From NCBI RefSeq assembly GCF_002571385.2, contig NW_019217786.1:989676-1053675 (forward strand): DNA of 64,000 bases, written 5' to 3'. The DNA is from Stylophora pistillata. Taxonomy: Eukaryota. Positions 35,100-47,500 of the stretch are shown piece after piece; positions within the stretch are counted from its first letter, which is position 1, and every line of letters begins with the position of its first letter. The notes beneath the pieces are model-generated. The model had not been told where the DNA came from. It did not search any database and saw only the letters and a program-made list of their open reading frames with translations. The translations under genes and the position numbers were made by a program.

Positions 35100-35620
35100 G
35101 ACAGACCAAATGTCACGTGCACCTCCGCCAATGTCATCTATTGCATAACTTGCTCTAACTGCCAAGAAATATACATTGGTGAAACGGGAAGATGGCTTGG
35201 TGACCGATTCCGAGAACACCTTCGCGACGTGGAGAGGAATGACAAGGACACACCCAAACCAGTCGCTGGACATTTTAATTTACCTAATCATTCTAAGCAA
35301 CATATGGCAATCTGCGGTCTTTCCTTACACTTAGGTAGCACAAAAAGCCGTAAAACTCTTGAACAAACTGAGCTCATCTTTCAAACCGGCAATCTAAATC
35401 CCACAGGTATCAACCGCTTTTCATTCCACTAAGTTATTTGTGTTTTCTCGTGGCCTTGTTCCCACCAATCACGTAGCTCCATTCTCTGCCTTTAAAAGTA
35501 CCGACAACCCACAATTCCTCTATTCGCTCCGACGAAGGGCTAACGCTCGAAACGTCAGCTTTTATAATCGTAACGGTGGCCAATTTATCATTTCAACTTT
35601 GATGATATATTGAAATTATT
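35100..35620 (+). mobile_element. Penelope-like element 3' fragment: GIY-YIG endonuclease plus pseudo-LTR
   Basis: NVIYCITCSNCQEIYIGETGR.LGDRFREH...PVAGHFN..NHS...GIN is a PLE GIY-YIG domain with CCHH residues. It is followed by the hammerhead-bearing terminal repeat. Confidence 0.92.
35526..35559 (+). ncRNA. Minimal type I hammerhead ribozyme-like motif (U4C variant)
   Basis: GCT-CCGACGA-A-GGGC TAAC GCTC-GAAA-CG-TC-AGC; helix III is reduced to the palindrome ACGT. Confidence 0.6.
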
Positions 35621-38600
35621 TAGTCAGTCAATGAGTCAGCCAGTCAGTCAATGAGTCAGCCAATCACTGAGTCAGCCAATCACTGAGTCAGCCAATCACT
35701 GAGTCAGCCAATCACTGAGTCAGCCAGTCAGTGAGTCAGTAAGTCAGTCAGTCAGTCATTCTGTTAGTCAATCGATCAGTCAGCTAGTCAGTCAATCAGT
35801 TAGTTAGTTTGTCAGTCTGTCATTCTGTCAGACAGCCGATCGGTCAGTCAGTCAGTCAGTCAGTCAATACTGAATCAATCAATCAGTCAGTCAGTCATTC
35901 AGTCAGCGTTAAATTGGTAAGCCTCTGAGTAGTGATCGGACTTAAATACCAGCTGAGTGACTCATGCACTGATGGACCGTCGGGCTTGTGATCTAGCCGT
36001 TGCATAGTATGATCATCAAATTTTAATCCCAGCTTTTCACTGATAGACTCTCGCTGATTTCGCCGCAAACTATCTTAACAAACTACTTTGGTACAACTAA
36101 AAAATGTACGTACTATGAGTTAAAAATAAAATCAGCTTTCAGGGGCTTGTACCCCGACGACGTTTTTTAGTATCGCACTTGTACGCAGGAAGTTGTTCGT
36201 GTTTCCTTTTCCTGTATCTTTGTGTCACATACAACACACCATGGGATTAGAGTAATTAAATGATTCACGATCACGCAACTTTTTTAATCTTGATAAGTCA
36301 CAACAGGATTTAAGATTCGTTACTAAAAATCGAACAGATATAAATAGCGAAAAAGCAATATTTCTCAGCTCTTCATGGGCATTTGGACGCGAAAATAGGA
36401 AGTTGGTTTTCAGTTGTTTTTCCAATTACGAGAATGATATGAGTGTCATGACAGCGAATGCTGGGAGTTCTGATGTGTAAGGGTCTGCTAAATAAATTGA
36501 AAACTGTCAGGCAGATTGCTCGAAACAGATAAAACACGAGGAAATTGTTTGATTTGGAGAGAAATTCCTGTTTCTGTGCTGAACTGAACTTATTCGTGAG
36601 GTATTGAAACGTTTCGATATCTATCCAATGTGTTAACGACCAGTTTTCTTGATTTCTGAGCGGATATAATTAATCGAACTGCATTGTTTTTCGTGATCCC
36701 CTTTAAGTCAAATTATCTCTCAAGGGGGATACAGTTGAGCGAAAACTGAGCGACAAAAACAACCCCCACGTAAAAATCGGGAGGATTTATTCTCCTTTGT
36801 TAAAACGCACGCTTAACTGTGTCTGTTTCGCAAAGCAAAGAAAAAACGCATTCTTAGCTTCCTTCCCTCGTCAACGCTTTTACAAGATTAAGAACCTTGG
36901 GGGTACAATATTATCTTTAAACAAAGGTTTTGAAGTAATATCCTGTCTTGTTTTAATAGAAATTACTTTGCAATCGATATTTCTTTATGTGTACAGATGA
37001 TTTTACACTTAACGAGGGAGATGATTTTTTCAATTAAATTCGATAAATTTAATTTTAGCCTTTCCCTGTTATGTTATACGCTGAAAGATATCAAATCAGA
37101 ATATCTTATCGGTTGTTTTATCTTCTCCCTCAAGTATGTTTTTCAAAGAGTTTAGTTTCTGGTCTCTTGAAGATGTCCAAGATACATAAGTGACTTCAAA
37201 TTCGCAACATAGTTCACATATCGAACCTAACGATTTCATTGGCCAATAACAATTGCCCATTGTCCTGCTTTTTGCCGCGTCCGAGATCATTGAGTCCATG
37301 CTCCGCATGAGCGAATATTTCGGAAATACTTCATCGCTGATGTGTTGTGTCTCTGGGGCACTCCACCTAGTCCTTGGAATATCGTAGTAGGCTGTGGCAG
37401 TCGTGGTTCAATTATTCCTTCGTTTGGTACTTCAAAGGAGGTTCGTGGGTCGTGAGTCGAAGGCTTATTCGCTGGTTGTGCAGCACACGTTAGTTACGGG
37501 CCCTCTGTAATTCACAGGCATCGACTGCTCTTTTCGCTCTGCGAGCGTGCTACACAAAATCATCTGGTTTTTATTGGGTCGATGCATTCAATGTTGAGTG
37601 AGCAACAGATCGAAGACTTAACTAATACCCGTGTCTTTTGTATCCTTGTACAGTTTTGGAATGCTTTGTCCCAAATGTTGATGAGCAATTGATCTGCAGT
37701 GGTCGAATTGAATATAATCTTTCTGCAAGCAGTCATTGACAGAATTTCAACTGAATCTTCAGCTGGGAGGTATTGAATTATGAGTTTTGAAGAAGACGAT
37801 AGTGGAACATTTACACTTAGAATAAAGTCACGTTCAGGTAAGATTTGTGGTTGATTATGGAATACTTCCCTGGGCGAAATTAGACATGTTATAAACATCT
37901 GAGTGTGAATTCAGCTGTTGGATCGTGATTTCAGTTATCGCATGACTGAGTTCTAAAGCGTCTTTTTATTTCGGTAACACTATTTTGGCTGTATTGAAGT
38001 CCTCTCCAATCGTCAGAGAAATCTTTTGTTTATAAGCAATATATTAAACGAAAGCTTTTTATTTATACGAGAATTTTCCTTTATGTCGTCTTCTGAAGGT
38101 TTCAAGGATGTTTGTAAGTCCGCGTTGTAGAACGGAAGGGTGGTTTTCTTGCGGACAATAAATTGATCCCGCAATTGTCATCGGGATAGAAATTTCTTAC
38201 ACCAAAACAATGAACTTAATTTTTTCCCGTGGGTTCTATCTTCGCTTTTGTGGTAAACAGTTTCAGCGTTTAAGCGAAGCAACTCGTGCCTGTTGAGCTT
38301 CTCACGTCGCTTTCGCCATGTTGTTTTGCTAGTCGTTCACGGCTTACTTGATGTATTTTTACACTCTTTACGTATCGTCTTGTTCGGGTTCTTCACTCTG
38401 ACACCTAAATGAATGAGAAGTGCTACTTTGTTTACTTTAAAGGTCTTTGAATAGAAACTTTGAATACCGAGTCGTTTTAATTTGGAAATTGTAGACGTTG
38501 TGGCATTTGAAAATTGTTTTGAAGGTTTTATAGCGCGCAATGTTCTCATTCCTTCACTTTATGGAAACGGTACACGCCGCTAGCCGTTATGACAATAGAT

Positions 38601-40089
38601 AAAGTACATAATTTCCATAATTAACCTTGAAAAGCTGACGTACTTTCTTACTCAAGACCATACTCCAGGAAATTAGAACACCAATGTTTTCACAAACGAG
38701 ATCGGAAAAAGGGTGAAATGCAAAGTTTCCTCTGAATTTTTACCACGCGAGGTTTATCTTGTTATGAGTCGAATACCTCGCATTTGAGAAATGCCTGCGG
38801 CTTATTAGGAGCTTACTGTCTTTTCACTCTTGCCCGTTCAATGACTCCGTTGAAACCTACATCGTTGTGAATTCTACGAGAAATGGAACACGCGAATTTC
38901 ACGCAACCCGTAGAAGCAAACGAGCTTATATAACGAGGAGACTATCATATCAGCTGAGTAATTTAAGTGATTTTGACCCAGACGTAAAATGTTTACAATG
39001 TCAAGATATTTTCGAGGGGGAAACCCACAATACATTTTACATTTAGAATTATTAACACACCAATTCAATTAGAGGGCTGAGATTAAACACACATTAACTT
39101 CTCCGTTATCAGCAAGGTTAAAATATCAATCAACTCATCAAGTAAAATCGAAATTTCAGCCCTTCGTTTGTTAAAAAAATAATGTTCATTGTGCATGGAA
39201 GACACTCATTATATTAGCTCATTATTTCTTAAAAGCAGTGGCAATGTAATTTGGTAAAGTCAAATTTGGGGTTCAAATTAATTGATCTATCAGAACTGTG
39301 GATTTTAAAAGAGCAAATGTAATTTGATCCAGTTTTGATTCCCCTTAGAGTACCACAATCATTTGTAATTTTTGTGCAACTCTACTACTACCACCCAGTA
39401 GCTAAACTTTGTGCAATTAAAGGAAAAGTAATTTATCATGCTTGATGGAATACAGTGTATGTAATGTCTTTCTCTGACTCTCTGAACACCTTGTGTGAAA
39501 GTGTACTTGAGTGCCACCAACATGTTTTCCTGTAGCCTTTTGATAAGAAACCCTTGCAGTGATTGAGAAATGTACCATTCTGAATATTCTATCTTTTTTG
39601 TATCTAGACCTCATAGAGAATCTTTCTCTCTCCTAGATGTTCTTGCCATTTTTCCCTTATCCCTGTAGTTTTTTGTTTTTATCCATTTCTTTGCCTTAAT
39701 TCTTCAATTTTTCTTTGCTCTTCTGGCAGAAGAAGCATCTGTGATTTCTGTTAGTCAATCATCCCTAGGATGAAAAATTTATTATTAAATTGGAGTTATT
39801 GTGGACTCAATGTAAAATGTATAATTCATAAGATGATTGGTCTTTGTTCTCTCTCAATTTTTGTTGATGTTCCTCTATGTTTCTTCAAAGGAGTACTTAA
39901 TTTTCTCTCTGTCATACTGAAATATTGGACATGTATCTGATATTCTTTACTCTTGTATGTAGTGCACCTTTCACCTATCATCATTGCTGTTATAAATTTA
40001 GATCTGTCACGGGTGAAAAGAAAGTTCAAATTCTTTTAATGTTTGTGGGTATGTTCTCTGATAGATTCCCTTCTCTGCTCTATTTTTAG

Positions 40090-43000
40090 ATGAACATGAA
40101 GGAACACAGAAGAAAACATTCACAAAGTGGATAAATGCCCAACTAGCCAAGGTGCAATATATGTTTTATCATTTCACCCCAGCTTTGTGATGCTATTTTA
40201 TTTTGTCATCCCTGTTTTTTTTGTCTCCAGAGGCAGTATCCTTGGATGTCAAATAGTAGATGTAGTGGCATAATATATACCTGTGATAGTTCCTTTTCAA
40301 CTTTGATAGTTAGCTGAGAAAAAAAAATGTTCATGTGTGGTCAGGGCTCTCAACAAGGTTTAAAGTGAGAGCAAAGAAGAAATATTAGGCAGCAAGGTTA
40401 TTTGAATTGCATGTTGTTTTGTCAGATTGCATGCAAGACTGGGAATTATTTGCATGAATCTTCCAGCAAGCTCTGGACATAGCATCCATTCACACATCCA
40501 AACTTGTTAGTTGTAACTTTATGCATTTAATTTCTTTTAAAACTGGGAAAAGGCAGTTGTTCAAATTTTTGTAGTGGAGTTATTTCTGATAGCAGTTGTT
40601 GTAAAATGAGTGGTAATTAGCACGTTAAAGGTGACAGACCAGCCAACAGTTTTGGCTGATTTGTGGGTCATAATTTAGCTTTGGGGGTGAACTTGGAAAG
40701 GGAGGAAAAAGGGAAGGGAGAGGAGAGAGGAGAGAGGTTTGGTTAGTGTAGCCAGGGTAATGTAGATGTTTAACCCCTGTAAGTTTGAGATGGTCATTGT
40801 GGTCTCTTTGCACAGAAGTCAAGAGTTAGTTTCTTTCACCATTTGTGGTCAGACTGTAGAATTCATGGATACACCCTTTTTGGCAGTGTAATTTGAATTT
40901 TTCAAAATTATTCATATTCTATGTTGGTAGGCTGGCAGTGGCCAACAAGTTAAGGATTTGTTTGAAGACCTAAAAGATGGAACCAAACTACTTCTGCTAC
41001 TAGAAATTTTATGTGGAAAACGAATTGTAAGTCTGCTGAATTTTTTTTCTTTCAATTTCTGTGTCGTGGTAATGTTTTGTAATTAAAAGAAGCAGTGTTT
41101 GGGACTTTACTTTGAAATGCAGTTACATGGATTGTTCATAATAACCTCAGACAACTCTGCAGCCTAACCCTTTAACTCTGTGACCACTAAGAATGACTAA
41201 CATTTAATTTCTCTTTACAATATCACCCCTGAATCACACAGTTATGTCATGAGAATAAAGGAAATGGTCAACAACTAAACAAGCTCTTGACTGTTCAACA
41301 AATTCTCCTTGTCCACTCCCAAGGAAATGTATAGAGAACAGTATAGAGAATATACATGCTGATGTTAGGGGGTAAAGGGTTAACTCCCACAACTGATTAA
41401 GATATAACTTCTCCCTACAATATCCATACATCATCTTGTAAACAGGTAACATAAATACTCAAACTTATAAGGTAAACATTGTTATCTTGATCTAACTCCA
41501 AATTCTTTAATTAAGAATCAGGTCGTGTGAGTTAAATGGTTTAGATTCAGATTTCCTAAGAAATAACGCAAACTTTCGGGGCACATTATTTAACAAGACA
41601 CAATTAAGGCTAAGTTCTCTATTTTTTTACCTCCATTTGTTTGATTTTGTCTGATAGAAAAGTGAAAAAGGTCGCACCAGAGTTCACTTTATGACCAATG
41701 TAGACAATGCCCTCAGGATTCTAGAGGAAAACAATGTAAGTGGTTTTTACCAACTTTTTTTGTGTTATTAAAAAGTGTATGCATACTTTTTGAGGTTTTT
41801 ACCAACCTTAAATAATTGTATGTTTTTTCTGTTGGTCAGGTACGACCTGTTAATATCAGTAATGATGACATTGTTGATGGAAACCCCAAACTAACCTTGG
41901 GGCTGATGTGGTATATCATTTCACACTTTCAGGTATGAAAATAGGAATTTTTGTCTTTGCCAGCATGATGTATTGTTGACATGTGACAATTAAACTCTGT
42001 GAGAGGAGCAGTTAAATGAGCAGGAAGATAATTTCCTATAAATGTGACAGACTCTGGTCACCTTTTCATATCATGTATCCACACAGTAAGGTTGCTTTTG
42101 CTATAAATGTTTCAATACGTGGTTTGCTTTATGACATTGCATGGGTAAACCTCATGCAGGACTTGTATCATCATAGGGGCTAAAGAATCTTGTACCTTCA
42201 AGAACTGCAGGCTGAAATTCCCTTGAAGGGGTATTAAGAAATTCATCTTTATTCCGATCCAAAAGAAGGTTGCAACAGCCACTAAAGAAAGAACAATGAA
42301 ACTGCGAGGTTAATAGTTAGATGATGCAATAGGAGAGCAAGTGTAATTCCCTAGAGTGTGTCACATGATCTTATCCAACGAATCACATTACATGATTATT
42401 ATTTCTCCAACAAAGGGTTCAACTCCTTATTGTTTATTCAACTCGGGATTGTAGAGATACATGTACTCGGTCTTCATCTCTTTGTGATGAGGCGTATGCC
42501 CAAAATGAAGGATAAAAATAACAGTGGGCTGGTTTGTGCTCTCAGAAACTTTGGGAGTAGACAGATTAAAATCAACAAAAATCTGCTGACTTATTAACGG
42601 TACACTGATGCTGAAAATTAGACCTCCAGTGTTCAAATTTAACCAAGTGACTTTTCCACAGAGACCTTACTATTTGCAAAATGGTATTGTAAGAGAGATG
42701 CTTTGAGATGGAAAGGCTGATAGAAATGCACAGCTTTGCAAGACTTATTTACTTTGTGTAGAAGATCATATCTACAATGTTTGCAACAAGTGATTAATAA
42801 CTCAGTGTTTTGCATTGTAGTTGCAATTGCTGCTCAAGAATTTGATGTTGGATTCTGATTCTGAAACACCAGAGGAGAAACTGCTAGCCTGGTGTCGGCA
42901 GTCAGTGAGAGGGTGAGTGATGCAAGGACTTCAGAAAAATTAAAGATGGATGCATTCTGAAACACATAGGATAGTACGGGAAATAACACTGGGATATAGC

Positions 43001-44557
43001 TGGAGTTTTGTACATAGGGAAGTTTCCATTTAATGGAATATGCTCTGAGCTAAGGTCTGGAGAGCTTTTTCAAGAATTCTTCCTTGTTTTTCAGCTTAGA
43101 ATTACATGTAGGGTGAGAGTGGTCCATGTAGATGTTCAATGTGTGTGCTCTGTAATTAAGGATCTGGTGCATTTTGATGGCAAGTTACAGTCATGTATGG
43201 TGGCTTAACTGATTTATAAATAGGATCAAAGATGCATGATGTAGTAATATCCATCAATGTTTTTTCATATAAGATATGATGGTGTGGATGTCAAGAACTT
43301 TACCACCTGCTGGCGTGATGGACTGGCATTCAATGCATTAATCCATAGATACAGGTATGATGCTTCTTAATCTCCAAAACATGTCATATACCTCATTATA
43401 TCCTCTGCTCTGTGCTACTTTCACTCTCTGACCTGTCTGCTGCCCACAATCTATAACCAGATTTCTGCTATCTACCACTTTCTTCCTGCCACCCATCAGG
43501 AGCAGGTGACCTCCTACATCCATGATCTGATAATTTCTTCTCATCATCCTGTACCGCAACTCGTCACTTTAAGTCATACTTTAGTTGCCACTCATCGATA
43601 ATTAATGTACCACCCACATCCATGACCTGATACCACCCAGCTCCTCCTGGCAGATCCTGCCACCCATCAGAAGTAGTCTATTGCCTTCAACCATGACATG
43701 ACATACACTAGCCATCTTCCTCTAGGAGCAGTCTACCACCCACATCCATGAATTTATAAATACTTCCTATAATTCTCAACCCACATATCACCACTTAAGG
43801 TGTACCATCCACCGTTTTTTAAATCATCACCCATGATGTCACTGTTAGTTTAACACCCACACCTGTCAGCTAATACCACCACCCACTGGATAAGTGCAAA
43901 ATGGATAAAAAGGAGCAACAGTTAAAATGAATAAAAACCATTACCTTTCAAGTTGTAAAAGACAATAGCAAGATTAATGTAGTTGCTATAGTTTAACATC
44001 ATGCAATTGGTTTGTTCTCCTCAGACCCCATCTGTTTGACTACAGTGACCAGTTGGACAAGACTCCTTCCGATTGTTGTGAACACGCTTTTTCAGTTGCA
44101 GAGCAGTTTCTTGATGTGGACAGGCTTTTGGATCCTACAGGTACGGGTTAAGCCTTTTTTTTTTTTTTCTTAATGAGTGCGCTAGGGTGGGAGACTACTT
44201 GTTTAGAAATTTTGATATCTTTTATCATAATCAATTTTGTTTTTAGAGGGTCACTAGGGAGAATACTTTTTATAATAAACAGGCGCGTAGCGTCCGCTAC
44301 GCATATACGCACGTGCGTACTTGAAGTGACCAGAAAAATTTGAAAACAATGTTGTGTTTGCGCCAAGTTTGCTCAAAATAAGGGCAAGACGCTTTGTTCT
44401 TTGCTTGTATTCACACAACTATTTCAAACAAGAAATAAAGAACGCAGTATTTTTCGCTCAGTTTACTTGGGTTTCTAGATCATATGTACTTGTGTGTACT
44501 TGAAAAAATGACCACGCCACACGCCTGATAATTGGTGTCACCCTCTTAAATAAAGGT

Positions 44558-44592
<35 letters not shown>

Positions 44593-47500
44593 TAGGATAG
44601 GTCAACTTTAAACCTCACAAAATAAAATAATAATTTTTTTTTAGTTGAGTTCAGTGAGTTCTCTAATTTCCTGAATTTCTAGTATTTAGTTTCTCAATCT
44701 ATTTCATCCATGTAATAATTAAGTAGATTTAGGCATTTGATTCACCCACCTCGACTAGCAAATCTGTTACCAGCGGATCAATTTATTCTTAACTGTTGTT
44801 CTGAAATGAGTGAAGTGTTTAATTGTGAAGTGCGTATGTGTGATTCGAGCCTCAATAATACAAGCGAAGTCCTAAGACTCAAAATTGAATCTTAGCGATC
44901 TCTGTTTTTCCCAGATGTTGTTCGTGATCGCCCAGATAAGAAGTCCATCCTGATGTACGTTTCCAACTTGTACAACAAGCTAGCGCCTGGCGTTACTCAC
45001 ATGACCGTACAAAGGAACCCTTCAAGTACGTCACGCAAGATAGAGAAGTCGGAACACACCCATACCGTGTCGAAACGCACGATTAGCAGCACGTATCACA
45101 CTGAACACACAGTGAAACACGTGAAGAAAGGTTATGATGAGAGAGAACCCGTGAGATATGTGACCACCACGAGTACCACAGTCAAGGAACCACCTATACA
45201 ACACTCAGCTATTACTACTGTGGTAAGTCTACAATCTTATCGGACATGCAAGTCACAAAAAGAACGAATTGAACTTGAAAGGTACATCACAATTTAAGAC
45301 ATCGTAGAAATGTAGCTTGAAAAAGAAAAAAAAAGAGTTGTGCTCCGACGATGTTCGACCAGTGATTTCCAGATACAACTGGCTGCTATTACTAACTGAG
45401 CAACGAAGCCACATGGTGGCAGCGAGACATGAACTTTGTTTGTAATGGTAATAAGTTAGAAATAAACAAGCCGTTGATCAAATTTAATCAGAAATGTTTT
45501 TTTTTTTAATTAGTTACAATTCTCTCTGATTTCAAACAGGATGCTTGGTTTTTTTTTCGCTTCCTGTCTGTAGGGCCTTTTCGACGCACTTGTTTTAATC
45601 GCTCCATCTCGTGATATTCATGCGTTTCGTAATCAAAACTTAAAGTTTTTAAAGAATCAAAACAGTGTTAGTGTAAAGATGCCAAGCGCACGAGGCTGCA
45701 GCACTGGATATTTAAAATTCCTTCAAGAAGCTAGATTAGAGATATGTTTGTAATGATCTTAGGTCGTCGTGGAAACTAGAAGAATTATGACGGAAGCTTT
45801 TAGATTCGTCGTGGCGGTAATTTTCAATTCCTTCATGTTAACCAGGAAACTTAGAAAAATCGCCCGAAAAATTCCCTATATTGGTGGTTTACACGTTACG
45901 TCATTGCCGCCATGTTGGTGGACGTAAACAATAGATATCTTATTTACTCCTTTTGTTCGTCCACCAGCATTTGTTCCTTTCACCATTCTTACCTGTGTTT
46001 CTAGAGATTGGTTGCAAACCACCTATATGTCCAGGTCGGACTTGCTTTAAAGAATGGACAAGGGCTGTTGTTGATGACCCGATTTTTTTTCCATCCCCAG
46101 GTTGAGCGCAGTCAGGAATCAGAGAGACCCGACTCCATGGTTAGTGAAACCAGCAGTATCCGTGATTCCGTCGGTTCGTTTAAAGAATGGGAAGACTATA
46201 ACACTGCGCTGCAAGATGTCTTGAACTGGCTGTCACAGGCAGAAAGAACTTTGGAGTCACAAGAGAACATCTCTGGTGAAGTAGACGCCGTTAAGAAACA
46301 GTTTCACGGACATGAGGTGAATACCACTTCTTATTAACCGACCCCGAGGTCTGTTATCTTTACACTGAGATATTGACTCGACACTGTAAGTTCGAACAGG
46401 AACACTATTCTTCAGTGCGAGCTCATACACATTCAAGATACTTACATTTACCAGCCATGCTATTAAGATAGCGGGTGATATTGGTGACTGAGAGGATCTT
46501 CGACGATACATTGAGAGGTTCCGAATTTCTCAAATCTTTCGATAACTTTTGACTACGCTGTCCTTTAAGGTCACTTCGAGCATTTCGACATAATTGCGAA
46601 GTGTCTGAAGATTCAAATTGTAATTAAATAAACTTTATTTGATCTGAGGATTGAAAACCAAGAAAAGCAACGATCTTCGTAAGTGAGCTGCAATTTAAGC
46701 AACTGTAGGAAAAAAAGCCCGAAAAATAAAAGCTTCAATGGGATTCGAAACCTGCCTCCCAAACTAGTTAGGCGTTACAACCAACTGAGCTACGTTGTTG
46801 CGCCACACTTTGGGAGTGGGGCAAATTTTTAGAGAGTTCTTCTCTCCCGTGAAGGAATCTGATAAAATTTGCAGTGAAATCAATTTCATTTGATTTGCGG
46901 AGTTAAAACCAAATAAAGCTTTGATCCTTGCAGAAGATGCAATCTTAGCAATTTCAGAAGAGAGGCCTAAAAAAATTGCCAGAGGCTTTAAGAGAACGTG
47001 ACTTCCGACAATATCTGATTTCTGTTTTTCGATGATTGAGAGCGTAAATGCGATTAAGTTAAAAACTATATTTATTTGAATGAAAAATCTTTGTAAGAAT
47101 AGTTTTTTTTTTCCTAATTCCAGGACTTTATGATGGAACTCACGTCACATCAGTCGGAGGTGGGAGCAGTTTTAGAGTTTGGTAACCAGATGATAAGTGA
47201 GGGGCTTGTGAACGAGAAGGAAGAAACTGAGATTCGAGAGCAAATGATGTCACTCAATGATCGATGGGAAGCACTCAGAGTTGCGGCCATGGACAGGCAG
47301 ACAAAGTATGTAAAAACAATGCCACAACTGCTACTAAACTCTCTAGCGTCCACATAAATGACAGATTGTCGCTTGCACAAACGGTGGACAACAGTGGATT
47401 TATTGTTTGTTTTGGGAAACTGGCGGAAGTTAGGCATGGTTAAACCCTATGACATGTAGTACAAGAACTCTCAGCGGTTTTCGTGATTCGAGAAATCTGA

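Larger units (their letters stand above)
35000..35910. repeat. Degenerate (CAGT)n microsatellite tract, interrupted by a Penelope fragment and containing a 16-bp tandem repeat
   Basis: AGTC/CAGT iterations at about 35000-35100 and 35620-35910. TGAGTCAGCCAATCAC occurs four times at 35652-35715. Confidence 0.9.

Noticed and set aside
35652-35715. Regular direct repeats resembling a CRISPR array
   Set aside because: No unique spacers, eukaryotic context and no cas genes; it is a tandem repeat.
38540-39120. Candidate first coding exons for dystrophin
   Set aside because: The ATG-donor pairs examined gave phase 0 or hit stops, but a phase-1 donor is needed; left unresolved.
46735-46795. Possible tRNA gene
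   Set aside because: Only A- and B-box relics with no acceptor or anticodon stems; treated as SINE-derived.
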